A DNA stretch of 64,000 nucleotides, taken from Gammaproteobacteria bacterium. Its GTDB lineage: Bacteria; Pseudomonadota; Gammaproteobacteria; Steroidobacterales; Rariloculaceae. The notes under the pieces were generated by a model. The model did no database searches and had not been told where the DNA came from. It saw only the letters and a program-made list of their open reading frames with translations. Positions 36,495 through 45,945 of the stretch are shown piece after piece; the first letter of the stretch is position 1, and each line of letters starts with the position of its first letter. Where the stretch lies: contig DASVCR010000074.1 of NCBI GenBank assembly GCA_036381515.1, positions 6,629-70,628 of the forward strand. Direction: 5' to 3'. Position numbers and translations under genes: made by a program.

Positions 36495-36578
36495 AAAAAT
36501 CGTGTCAGACACATTTTCGCACCGGAAATTGTGTCAGACACCTTTTTCCGGCGGAAAAAGGCGTCTGACACGACTTCC
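36495..36578. repeat. REP-like cluster (three copies, two forming a hairpin) inside the operon between the MFP and RND genes
   Basis: aaaaatcgtgtcagacacatttt; gaaattgtgtcagacaccttttt-ccggcgg-aaaaaggcgtctgacacgacttcc. Confidence 0.85.
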
Positions 36579-36587
36579 GCGACACTC

Positions 36588-39500
36588 ATGTCCGAAGCGC
36601 TAGCCCGCATCGCCGTCCGCCGCCCCGTCGCCGTCACCGTGCTCGCCGCCGCGATCGTCGTGCTCGGCTGGGTCTCGTGGCGCGGGCTGCCGCTCGATCT
36701 CCTGCCGGACATCGAGAGCCCGACCGTGCTCGTGTCGGTCACCGCCGGCGAGCGTCCCGCGATCGAGATGGAGCGGCTCTACGGTGAGCGCATCGAGCAG
36801 CTGCTCTTCACGGTGCGCGGCTTGCGAGGCATCGACCAGATCGCACGCACGGGCGAGCTGATCACGCGCGTGACGTTCGACTGGGACGCCGACATCGATC
36901 TCGCGCTCGTCGACGTCAACAAGGCCGTCGCGCCGATCGCCGCGGATACCGACGTCGACGAGGTCCGCGTGCGGCGCTTCGATCCGCGGCAGCTGCCGGT
37001 GCTCGTGCTCGGGCTCGTGCCGGCCGACGGGCGGCAGATGGACCTCGCGGAGCTGCGCCGCATCGCCGAGCGCCGGATCGCGCCGGGCCTCGAGCAGCTG
37101 CGCGGCGTCGCGGAGGTCCGGGTCACCGGCGGACGCGAGAAGCAGGTCGAGGTGCGCCTCGACCGCACGCGCCTCGACGCGTACGGCCTCACGATCGACG
37201 AGGTCCGGAGCCGCATCAGCGCGACGAACGCCGACGTGAACGCGGGCACGCTCGTGCAGGGCGATCGCGTGTACCTCGTGCGCGGCCTGTCGCGCTTCAC
37301 CGGCCCCGACGACGTCGCGAGGACGGTCGTGCGCTACGAGGAAACGGCCTCGCAGGGCACCGTGCCGATTCACGTCGCCGATCTCGGCGAGGTCGTGCTC
37401 GCCGACGCCGAGATCACGCACGTCGTGCGCGTCGACGGCGTCGAAGGCGTCGGGCTCTCGATATACAAGGAGGCCGGCGCGAACACCGTCGAGATCTCGC
37501 GGCTCGTGCGCGATGCGCTCGAGCGTCTTGCCACGGACCTGCCCGGGATCGACGTCAGGACGGTCGCGGACGAGGCCGCGCTGATCGAGGACGCGATCGC
37601 CGACGTCGAAAGCGCCGCGCTCCTCGGCATCGCGCTCGCGGTCGCGGTGCTCTTCGTGTTCCTGCGCAGCCCCGGGCCGATCCTCGTCGTCGCCACCGCG
37701 ATCCCGGTCTCGCTGCTCGCGACCGTGTTCGCGATGGGCCTCGCGGGCCACAGCCTGAACCTGATGACGCTCGGCGGCCTCGCGCTCGGCGCCGGCATGC
37801 TCGTCGACAACGCCATCGTGGTGATGGAGAGCATCTTCAGGCGGCGCGCGCAAGGCGACGCGCCGGCCGACGCGGCCGCGAAGGGAACGGGCCTCGTCGG
37901 CGGCGCGATCGTCGCGAGCACGCTGACGACGTGCGTCGTGTTTCTGCCCGTCGTGCTGATCGAGGGGATGGCCGCACGGCTCGTCGGCGGCATCGCGTTC
38001 ACGGTCGTGATGTCGCTCCTCGTGTCGCTCGCCGTCGCGGTCGCGCTGATCCCGGCGCTCGCGGCGTGGCTCCTGCCCCGCGAGCGCACGCGCGACGTCG
38101 ATCCGGGCAACTCGCGCGTCGAGGCGGTCGTCTATGCGCTGCTCGGCCGGCCGTGGACGGTCGTCGGATGCGCGGCCGTGCTCTCCGCCGTCGCGGCCGC
38201 ATCGCTGTGGCGGCTCGGGACGGAGCTCTTGCCGCCGGCCGATCCGCGGCAGTTCAGCGTGCGCATCGTCGGGCCGCCCGGACAGCGGGTTGAGTCTACG
38301 GTCGAGACAGTCTCCGTCGTCGAAGCCGTGCTCGCGGAGGCCGCCGGGGAGGATCTCCGCGCGATGCTGTCCGAGGTCGGCCGGCTGCCGAACGACGACC
38401 GTCTGATTCGCGAGCAGCAGACCGAGGAGAACACGGCGGAGATCAGGCTCCTGCTCGCGGCCGGCGGGCAGGGCGGCAGCACGGTCGTGCAGAAGGCCGT
38501 GCCGGTCGTCGCCGGGCTCAATGGCGTCGAGGCATCGTGGGAGGTCGGAAGCTCCGCGCTGTCGCGCGCGCTCGGCACGGCCGGGCCGCCGATCGTCGTC
38601 GAGATCGCCGGCGACTCGATCGAGGACCTCCGCAGCGCCGCGGAGCACGTGCGCGAGCGGCTCGCGGCGGTGCCCGAGCTCTGGAACGTGCAGACGTCGT
38701 TCGAAGGCGCGCCGCCCGAGATGCGCATCACGCTGAAGCGGGCGCTCGCGGACGGCCTCGGCGTCGACCTCGACGCGGTCGGCGCCGTGCTCGAGGCGTC
38801 GCTCGACGGGCTCGACGCGACGACGCTGACGATCGGCGACGAGGAATACGACGTCGTGCTGCGACTGCCCGTCGCCGATCCTGACACGTTGCTCGCGCTG
38901 CCGCTCAGCACGCGCGACGGTCATCGCGTCACGGTCGGCGACGTGGCCCGGCTCGACCAGGTCGAGGGCGCGCGCGAGATCGTAAGGCGCGATCAACGGC
39001 GCATCGCGCGCGTCACGGCGCGGATCGCACCCGGCGTGACGGCGCCCGAAGCGCGTGCCGCGGCGCTCGCCGCCGTCGCGGCGGCGGATCTGCCGCCGGG
39101 CCTCTCGGCCGAGCTCGCCGGCGAGGAGCGCGAGCGCGCGCGCACGACCGAGGAGCTCGGCTTTGCGGCGGCGCTCGCGTTGCTGCTCGTGTTCATGGTC
39201 CTCGCCGGCACGTTCGAGTCGCTGCTCCATCCGGTCACCGTCCTTGCGGCGATTCCGCTGTCGTTGATCGGCGTCGCGCTCGTGCTCGTGCCGGCCGGCG
39301 CGCCGATCGGCGTCATGGCGATGCTCGGCCTGATCGTGCTCGCGGGCATTGCCGTCAACGATGCGATCCTGCTCGCCGATGCGGCGAAGCGGCAGATCGA
39401 CGATGGCGTCGAGCGTCGGCGCGCGCTCGCTCGCGCGGCGTCGATACGCCTGCGGCCGATCATTATGACGACGGCGACGACGGTGCTTGCGCTCGTGCCG

Positions 39501-39659
39501 CTCGCGCTCGGGACCGGCGAGGCGGCGCAGCTGCGCGCGCCGCTCGCGCTGACGGTCATCGGCGGGCTCACGGCGTCGACGCTCGGCTCGCTGTTCGTGA
39601 TCCCGTGCGTCTATCTCGTGCTCGACCGGATCGGCTTCCGATCCCGCCGGGCGACGTAG
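36588..39659 (+). CDS. RND efflux transporter permease (AcrB/HAE-type)
   Basis: ORF 36531..39659. ATG 36588 gives MSEALARIAVRRPVAVTVLAAAIVVLGWVSWRGLPLDLLPDIESPTVLVSV, a canonical RND N-terminus. It is about 1020 aa with 12-TM architecture. Confidence 0.92.
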   Translation: MSEALARIAVRRPVAVTVLAAAIVVLGWVSWRGLPLDLLPDIESPTVLVSVTAGERPAIEMERLYGERIEQLLFTVRGLRGIDQIARTGELITRVTFDWDADIDLALVDVNKAVAPIAADTDVDEVRVRRFDPRQLPVLVLGLVPADGRQMDLAELRRIAERRIAPGLEQLRGVAEVRVTGGREKQVEVRLDRTRLDAYGLTIDEVRSRISATNADVNAGTLVQGDRVYLVRGLSRFTGPDDVARTVVRYEETASQGTVPIHVADLGEVVLADAEITHVVRVDGVEGVGLSIYKEAGANTVEISRLVRDALERLATDLPGIDVRTVADEAALIEDAIADVESAALLGIALAVAVLFVFLRSPGPILVVATAIPVSLLATVFAMGLAGHSLNLMTLGGLALGAGMLVDNAIVVMESIFRRRAQGDAPADAAAKGTGLVGGAIVASTLTTCVVFLPVVLIEGMAARLVGGIAFTVVMSLLVSLAVAVALIPALAAWLLPRERTRDVDPGNSRVEAVVYALLGRPWTVVGCAAVLSAVAAASLWRLGTELLPPADPRQFSVRIVGPPGQRVESTVETVSVVEAVLAEAAGEDLRAMLSEVGRLPNDDRLIREQQTEENTAEIRLLLAAGGQGGSTVVQKAVPVVAGLNGVEASWEVGSSALSRALGTAGPPIVVEIAGDSIEDLRSAAEHVRERLAAVPELWNVQTSFEGAPPEMRITLKRALADGLGVDLDAVGAVLEASLDGLDATTLTIGDEEYDVVLRLPVADPDTLLALPLSTRDGHRVTVGDVARLDQVEGAREIVRRDQRRIARVTARIAPGVTAPEARAAALAAVAAADLPPGLSAELAGEERERARTTEELGFAAALALLLVFMVLAGTFESLLHPVTVLAAIPLSLIGVALVLVPAGAPIGVMAMLGLIVLAGIAVNDAILLADAAKRQIDDGVERRRALARAASIRLRPIIMTTATTVLALVPLALGTGEAAQLRAPLALTVIGGLTASTLGSLFVIPCVYLVLDRIGFRSRRAT

Positions 39660-39667
39660 GTCCGACC

Positions 39668-42600
39668 GTGGTGCTCGACCTCGTCGCGCTGCCCGTTCGC
39701 CGGCCTACCGCGACGGCGATGTTCTTCCTCGCGCTCGTGATGCTCGGGCTCTTCGCGTGGTACCGGATACCGATCGAGCTGATGCCGGCGCTCCGCGGCG
39801 AGCAGCTCGTCGTGTCGTTCGTGCGTCCGGGGTCCGAGCCCGAGGTCGTCGAGCGCGAGATCCTGCTGCCGCTCGAGGCGCGCGTCGGCGAGCTGCCGGG
39901 GCTCACCGAGACGTGGGGCGAGGTGAACGGCGCGAGCGGCCGTCTGCAGCTCCAGTTCGAGCGCGGCACGAACATCCGCGTGCGCGAGCTCGAGCTCAAC
40001 AGCATCGCGGCGGAGCTCGCGCGCACGCAGCCGGAAGGCACGTTCATCAACGTCTCGTCGCAGGACCTGACGGCGTTCAGCCGCTTCGCGATGATCATCC
40101 ACGTGACCGGGGGCGCCGATCCGAACGCGTTGCGCGATCTCGTCGAGCAGCGGATCGAGCCGCGGGTCGCCGCGGTCCCCGGCGTGAGTCAGGTGCTTGC
40201 GACGGGCGGCGCGCCGCGCGAGGTCACCGTGTGGATCGACCCGGAGCGCTGCGCGGCGCTCGGCATCCGTCCCGAGACGGTCACGGCGCTGCTCGGCCGG
40301 TCCGTGCAGCGGCTGCGCTTTCTCGGCGGCACCGAGCGCGACGGCCGCCGCTGGCAGGTCACGCTCGACGGGCGCCCCGGCGGCGTCGCATCGCTCGGCG
40401 AGCTCAGGATCGATCCCGCGCGGCCGGTGCTCTTGCGCCACGTCGCCGACATCGAGATGACGACCGCGCGCGCCGACAGCGCGTTCCGGATCAACGGCGC
40501 CGACGCGACGGGGCTCATCGTCTTTCAGGAGGAGGGCGAGAACCTCGTGCGGCTCGGCCGCGCGCTGCGCGAGCGGGTCGAGGAGCTCCGCGCGGAGTGG
40601 GCGCCGTACGGCGTCGATTTCCGGATCGGCTTCGACGCGGCCGAGACCGTCGAGGAGCAGCTCGATCGGCTGAAGCAGCTCGCGCTGTCGGGCTTCGTGA
40701 TCGCGCTCGCCGTGCTCTACCTGTTCCTGCGCGAGCTGCGCGCGGTCGCGGTCGTCGCCGTCGCCGTGCCGATGAGCCTGCTCATCGCGGGCGCGATGCT
40801 CTATCTCGGCGGCTACACGCTGAATCTCGTCACGCTGCTTGGTCTCGCCGTCGGCATCGGCATGCTCGTCGACAACAGCATCGTCGTCTTCGAGGCCGTG
40901 CAGCGGTTCCTCGAGCGCGGGCTCTCGGCGGAGTCCGCTGCAATCGCGGGCATCAGGCGCACCGTCCGCGCGATCGTCGCGGCGAGCGCGACGAACGCCG
41001 TCGTGTTCCTGCCGGCCGTGTTCCTCGTCGACGACAGCTTCATCCGCGGCGCGCTCGAGCTCGTCGCGATCGCGATCCTGCTGCCGCTCTTCGCGTCGCT
41101 CGTCGTCGCGGTCGGCTTCGTGCCGCTCCTGGCCGAGAAGTTCGCGGCGCCTGCTGCGGCCGCGCGCCTCGCGCGGCGGGCCGATTGGCGGCGGGAGCAC
41201 GGCGGCAAGCCGCCGCCGCAACGTGCCCGGGCGCTCCTGTCCGCGATCCTGAAATCCGCGTTGCGGCGGCCCGCGCCTTGGCTCGTCGCCGTCACGGTGT
41301 CGATCGTGCTGACGATCGTGATCGCGTTGCCGTGGGTGCTCGTCGGCAGCCTCGCGCAGCAGGCCGAGCAGGCCGACCAGGTCAGCCTCGAGATCGAGCT
41401 CGCCGGGAGCCGATCGCTCGACGCGGCGACCTCCGTCTTCGCGCGGATCGAGCAGGCGGTGCTCGGCCTCGACGGGATCGAGCTCGTCGAGAGCTCGTTC
41501 CAGGAGGTCGGCGGCACGCTGACCGTGCACCTCGATCCCGCCGCACGCGACGCGGGCGGCGCAACGGCCGGGCGCGTCCGCGAAGAGGTGCGCAAGGCCG
41601 TCGAAGGCCTCGACGGCGTCGAGCTCCGGACGATGACTCTCGACGGCACCGGCGGGGGATCGGGCGACGAACGCAACGGCGGCGGGGGCGGCGCGCTCGG
41701 CGGGTCCGCGTCCGAGGTGCGCGTGTCCGGACCGGACATGGTGCAGATCAACCTGATCGCGCGCGAGATCCAGTCGCGGCTCGAGTCGATCCCCGACGTC
41801 GAGGAGGCGTGGATCTCGGGCGGCACGGGCCAGGACGAGCTGCGCGTCGAGCCGCTGGCCGCCGCGCTCGCCGCATATCGGCTCAATCCGGAGGACGTGC
41901 TGAACGCGCTGAACGTGTTCCGGCGCGAGGGCGTACAGCTCCAGGTCGGGTTCACGCTCGCCGACGGGCGCGAGCTGCCGCTGACCGTGCGTCGGCCCGA
42001 CGTCGTCGCGTACGACGCGCTCGCGTCGATCGACGCGCTCCGGCTCGCGACGGACGAAGGCGTCGTGCCGTTCGGCGTCGTGACGACGGGCAGCCGCGTG
42101 CCGGCGCCGCCCGCGATCGCGCATCACAATGGCCGGCGCGAGCTTTCGGTGAGCTACAGCCTCGGCAGCTCGGCGCCGGAGCAGGGGCCCGAGCGCCTGC
42201 GGCTCGAGTCGGCAATCGAAGAGGCGGTGCGCACCGTTTACCGGCCCTCGGGGTACACGGTCGAGTCGGTCGTCGACGAGGGCACGGATTGGTTCAGGCT
42301 CGTCTTCGTGCCGGTGCTCCTGCTGCTCTACGCCGTGCTCGCGATCACGTTCGAGTCGTTCACGCTGCCGATCCTCGTGCTCGTCGCCGTGCCGCTGACC
42401 GTGCTCGGCGCGACGTGGTCGCTCGTGCTCGCCGGCGTAGGCGCCGGCATCTACGCGCTCGTCGGCGTGATCGCGCTGCTCGGGCTCACGGTGAATCCCG
42501 CAATCCTGCTCGTCGACCGCATGCAGCAGCGCGTGCTCGGGAGCGGCTCGAGCGGCGGCGCGGCCGCGATCGCCGCGGTGCGCGAGCGCACGCGGCCCGT

Positions 42601-44431
42601 GCTGATGACGAGCGCGACGACGATCGCGGGCTTGTGGCCGCTCGCGCTGTCGACCGGCCAGGAGCTCGAGATCTGGCCGCCGTTCGCGACCGTCGTGATG
42701 GGCGGCCTCGCGACGTCGACCGTGCTGACGCTCGTCGTCATTCCGGTCGGCTTCGTGCTGCTGACGCGCATCGACCGGATCTTCGGCAAGCTCGGTCCGT
42801 GGATCGTGCTCGGCTGGATCGCGGCGACGGCGGCGGTCGTCGCGCCGCTGATCGTCACGGATCGCTTGAACGCGCTCGGCTGGCAGATCACGACGACCGT
42901 GCTCGTCGCCGCAGCGCTCCTGTGGCTCGCGCTCGCGATCTTCCACCGGGCGCCGAAGCTCGCGTTCGATCCCGCCGCGACGGCGATCGAGGCCCGCTAC
43001 CTCGCGAAGGTGTACGGCAGGCCAGGATCGGTCAAGCGCGCGTGGCGGCTCGGCCGCGACGGCGGCCGCGACGGCGGTGCGTCCGCCGCGCGCACGCGGC
43101 GCGACGCGGGCGAGCGCGCGCTGACGTTCACCATGCTCTTCGCGGGCGCGCTCTATCTCGCGACGCACCTGGGCTCGATGCCGTGGCGGCTCGTCTTCGC
43201 GTACATCGCGGCGGCGTTCGCGGCGCGTGCGGTGATCGAGCTCCGCCTCGCGGTGCTGCCGCCGCGCGAGGAGGCGCGCGACGCACGGATCGCCCGCGGC
43301 CTCACGTTCGATGCGATCGTTCCGACGCTCGCGCCGTGGATCATGCTCGCGGCGCTCGCGGTCGCGTACATGGTGCTGCCGGCCATCGACGGCACGCGCC
43401 AGGCGCTGCCGCCGGTCGCCGTCGTCGTGCTCGCCGGGCTCACGCTGATCGTGCAGCTCGGCCGCCGGACCGCGCGCCGCGCCGCGGGTGCGGCCGCGGC
43501 GGGCGCGCCGGCGGACGTCGGCCGCGTGCGCGCCGCGTGGCGGCAGGCGTGTCTCGCGGTATTCGGTCTCGACCTCCCGCGCGCCGAGATCGAGGCGCTC
43601 GCGACGACGAGCTTCGCGGCGAAGCAAGGCATGATCGGCATCCTCGGTCCGAACGGCGCCGGCAAGACGACGCTGCTCCGGATGCTTGCGGGCGTGCTCG
43701 ATCCGACCGCGGGCGCGATCCACTACAGCGGTCTGCCGAAGCGCCGCGTCGGCGGCTACGTGAGCCGCTGGGTCGGCTATCTGCCGCAGGAGTTCGGTCT
43801 GCCGAATCACCTGACCGCGCGCGAGTATCTCGACTACTTCGCGCTGCTCTACGAGGTCGGGGACCGGCAGGAGCGGCGCGAGCGCGTCGACGCGCTGCTC
43901 GCCGAGGTCGGTCTCGACGAACGCAAGGACGAGAAGATCGGCGCGTACTCGGGCGGCATGCGGCAGCGCGTCGCCGTCGCGCGCACGTTGCTCCGTCATC
44001 CGCCGATCATCATCGTCGACGAGCCGACGGTCGGGCTCGATCCGCGCGAGCGGATCCGTTTCCGGAACCTGCTCTCGCGGCTCGCCGAAGGGCGCGTCGT
44101 GCTGTTCTCGACGCACGTCGTCGAGGACGTCGCCGTGTCGTGCCGGCGGGTCATCGTGATGAGCCGCGGCCGGATCGTCTACGACGGCGCGCCTGCGGAC
44201 CTCGCGGGGCTCGCGGCGGGGAAGACGTGGGAGATCCGCCTGGCGGCCGGCGAGCACGTCGAGCTCCCGCGATCGTGCAAGGTCGTCGATCAGGTGCCCG
44301 ACGCGGGCGGCGGCGTGCGCATGCGCGTGCTGTCCGCGACGCAGCCGCATCCGGCGGCGAAGGCGATCGAGCCCGTGATCGAGGACGGCTATCTCGAGCT
44401 CGTGACGCGAGGAGGCGAGCGCGATGCGTGA
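39668..44431 (+). CDS. RND efflux permease fused in frame to extra TM helices and a C-terminal ABC ATPase domain
   Basis: ORF 39605..44431. GTG 39668 follows the upstream stop at 39659. The RND N-terminus is LPVRRPTATAMFFLALVMLGLFAWYRIPIELMP, and the RND body runs to about 42790. Hydrophobic segments follow. The NBD has GPNGAGKTT (about 43646-43672), YSGGMRQR (about 43949) and IIIVDEPTVGLD (about 44005-44030). No stop or frame change interrupts the ORF. Confidence 0.85.
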   Translation: MVLDLVALPVRRPTATAMFFLALVMLGLFAWYRIPIELMPALRGEQLVVSFVRPGSEPEVVEREILLPLEARVGELPGLTETWGEVNGASGRLQLQFERGTNIRVRELELNSIAAELARTQPEGTFINVSSQDLTAFSRFAMIIHVTGGADPNALRDLVEQRIEPRVAAVPGVSQVLATGGAPREVTVWIDPERCAALGIRPETVTALLGRSVQRLRFLGGTERDGRRWQVTLDGRPGGVASLGELRIDPARPVLLRHVADIEMTTARADSAFRINGADATGLIVFQEEGENLVRLGRALRERVEELRAEWAPYGVDFRIGFDAAETVEEQLDRLKQLALSGFVIALAVLYLFLRELRAVAVVAVAVPMSLLIAGAMLYLGGYTLNLVTLLGLAVGIGMLVDNSIVVFEAVQRFLERGLSAESAAIAGIRRTVRAIVAASATNAVVFLPAVFLVDDSFIRGALELVAIAILLPLFASLVVAVGFVPLLAEKFAAPAAAARLARRADWRREHGGKPPPQRARALLSAILKSALRRPAPWLVAVTVSIVLTIVIALPWVLVGSLAQQAEQADQVSLEIELAGSRSLDAATSVFARIEQAVLGLDGIELVESSFQEVGGTLTVHLDPAARDAGGATAGRVREEVRKAVEGLDGVELRTMTLDGTGGGSGDERNGGGGGALGGSASEVRVSGPDMVQINLIAREIQSRLESIPDVEEAWISGGTGQDELRVEPLAAALAAYRLNPEDVLNALNVFRREGVQLQVGFTLADGRELPLTVRRPDVVAYDALASIDALRLATDEGVVPFGVVTTGSRVPAPPAIAHHNGRRELSVSYSLGSSAPEQGPERLRLESAIEEAVRTVYRPSGYTVESVVDEGTDWFRLVFVPVLLLLYAVLAITFESFTLPILVLVAVPLTVLGATWSLVLAGVGAGIYALVGVIALLGLTVNPAILLVDRMQQRVLGSGSSGGAAAIAAVRERTRPVLMTSATTIAGLWPLALSTGQELEIWPPFATVVMGGLATSTVLTLVVIPVGFVLLTRIDRIFGKLGPWIVLGWIAATAAVVAPLIVTDRLNALGWQITTTVLVAAALLWLALAIFHRAPKLAFDPAATAIEARYLAKVYGRPGSVKRAWRLGRDGGRDGGASAARTRRDAGERALTFTMLFAGALYLATHLGSMPWRLVFAYIAAAFAARAVIELRLAVLPPREEARDARIARGLTFDAIVPTLAPWIMLAALAVAYMVLPAIDGTRQALPPVAVVVLAGLTLIVQLGRRTARRAAGAAAAGAPADVGRVRAAWRQACLAVFGLDLPRAEIEALATTSFAAKQGMIGILGPNGAGKTTLLRMLAGVLDPTAGAIHYSGLPKRRVGGYVSRWVGYLPQEFGLPNHLTAREYLDYFALLYEVGDRQERRERVDALLAEVGLDERKDEKIGAYSGGMRQRVAVARTLLRHPPIIIVDEPTVGLDPRERIRFRNLLSRLAEGRVVLFSTHVVEDVAVSCRRVIVMSRGRIVYDGAPADLAGLAAGKTWEIRLAAGEHVELPRSCKVVDQVPDAGGGVRMRVLSATQPHPAAKAIEPVIEDGYLELVTRGGERDA

Positions 44432-45206
44432 GCATGCGACGAAGGCGGGCGCGTCCGTGCGCGCGAGCGGGCTCCGCGCCGCGGCGGCGAGGGCCGCGGC
44501 CGCTGCGGTCGATGCGGCGCTGCTGCTCCGGCTGTCGCTGCGGCTCCAGCTCGGCAAGCGCTTCCTCGCCGTGCCGCTGCTCGCGCTCCTGTGGCCCGCG
44601 TACCAGGCGTTGACGCTCGTCGTCGGGTGGCGCGCCGAGAGCTTCGATGCGAGCGACGCGCAGAACGCGCTGATCGGCTTTCCGCTCGCCGTGCTTGGCA
44701 TCGGGCTCGGCGTGCGCATCATCGCGGGCGAGATCGAGCAGCGGACGCTCGAGGTTACGTACACGGTCCCGGGCGGCGCGGCGCGGGTCTGGATCTCGAA
44801 GCTCGCGGCCGCGGCGGCGGCGCTGCTTGCCGCGGAGGCGCTCCTCGGGATCGTGACGGCGTTGTTCTTCACGCCCTATCCGCCGAGCGCGCTCTACGGC
44901 GCGTTCCAAAGTGCGGTGTTCTATCTCGCCGCCGCAGCGGGGCTCGGCGCGCTCCTGCGGAGCGAGATCACGGCCGCGCTCGTCGCGGGCGTGCTGCTCA
45001 CCGCGAACGGTTTCCTGACCGGGTTCGGCGGCGCACCGAGCCGCTGGTCGCCGTTCTTCAATCCGCTCGCGGTCGACGAAGCGAGCGCTGCCGACGTGCT
45101 GGCGTGGACGGTGCAGAACCGCATCGGCGTCGCGCTCGCGACCGCGGCGCTCGTCGCGCTGTCGTGTGCTCGGGCGGAACGGCGGGAGAAGCTGCTCAGG
45201 GTGTGA
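44424..45206 (+). CDS. ABC-2-type transporter permease
   Basis: The ATG overlaps the upstream stop (8-nt overlap). 260 aa, multi-TM, with GEIEQRTLEV as the typical ABC-2 motif. Confidence 0.8.
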   Translation: MREHATKAGASVRASGLRAAAARAAAAAVDAALLLRLSLRLQLGKRFLAVPLLALLWPAYQALTLVVGWRAESFDASDAQNALIGFPLAVLGIGLGVRIIAGEIEQRTLEVTYTVPGGAARVWISKLAAAAAALLAAEALLGIVTALFFTPYPPSALYGAFQSAVFYLAAAAGLGALLRSEITAALVAGVLLTANGFLTGFGGAPSRWSPFFNPLAVDEASAADVLAWTVQNRIGVALATAALVALSCARAERREKLLRV

Positions 45207-45220
45207 GGCGATGAGCGACA

Positions 45221-45366
45221 CAAAAATCGTCGGCACGAAAATCGTGTCCACAAAAATCGTGTCAGACACCTTTTTCGGCGAGGTCCGTTCGATATCCCGA
45301 CCCCTTCGGCCGAAAAAGGTGTCTGACACGATTTTTCCGAGAAAAAGGGTGTCTGACACGATTTTT
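45221..45366. repeat. REP-like cluster: degenerate direct partial copies, then a long nested hairpin and a further inverted copy
   Basis: caaaaatcgtcggcac, gaaaatcgtgtccac and aaaaatcgtgtcagacaccttttt (45252-45275). Then aaaaaggtgtctgacacgattttt (45313-45336) and aaaaagggtgtctgacacgattttt (45342-45366). Confidence 0.85.
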
Positions 45367-45470
45367 GTCCGGAATGCAGAACCGCTGCGAAGTCAGGATC
45401 GTCGCGTGACTTCGCGCGGACGGCTGCCGATAATTTCGAGCGCCCGGCTTGGGGCGGGAGGTGAGTAACG

Positions 45471-45914
45471 ATGACTTGGTGGGCATGGATCATTCTCGGC
45501 GTCGTGCTGCTCGGCGCGGAGCTCTTCGCGATCGACGCGCAGTTCTATCTCGTGTTCCTCGGCCTGTCCGCAGTCCTCGTCGGCGTCGCGGGCAGCCTGG
45601 GGCCAGATCTGCCGTCGTGGATCGAATGGCTGTCGTTCGCGGCGCTTTCCGTCCTCACGATGTTCACCGTTCGGAAGCAGCTCTACGAGAAGGTGCGGGG
45701 CAGGCCGCTCGGCACCGTCGAGAGCGACGTCGGCGGACGCGTCGAGCTCGCGGAGGATCTCGCGCCGGGCAAGTCGTGCCGCACCGAGTACCGCGGCTCG
45801 CTGTGGACGGCGGTGAACGTCGGGACCCGGCCGATCCCGGCCGGCGAGCAAGCACGTATCGAGGCGGTCGACGGGCTCACGCTGCACGTCCGCAGCGTCG
45901 TCGGCGAAGAGTAG
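45471..45914 (+). CDS. NfeD-family membrane protein
   Basis: RBS GGGAGGTGAG. The product has two or three TM helices and a C-terminal OB-like domain (GRVELAEDLAPGKSCRTEYRGSLWTA). It lies upstream of an SPFH gene, as is usual. Confidence 0.85.
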   Translation: MTWWAWIILGVVLLGAELFAIDAQFYLVFLGLSAVLVGVAGSLGPDLPSWIEWLSFAALSVLTMFTVRKQLYEKVRGRPLGTVESDVGGRVELAEDLAPGKSCRTEYRGSLWTAVNVGTRPIPAGEQARIEAVDGLTLHVRSVVGEE

Positions 45915-45945
45915 CGGCCGGGTATCGGCCACGGAGGAGAGGCAC

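Noticed and set aside
39611-44872. 1753-aa minus-strand ORF, plus the 1618-aa +2-frame ORF 39757..44613, overlapping the RND::ABC gene
   Set aside because: These are antisense or alternate-frame ORFs, as expected in very G+C-rich DNA. Their translations are Arg/Ala/Gly/Pro-rich with no motifs. The frame starting at 39668 carries complete RND and ABC signatures.
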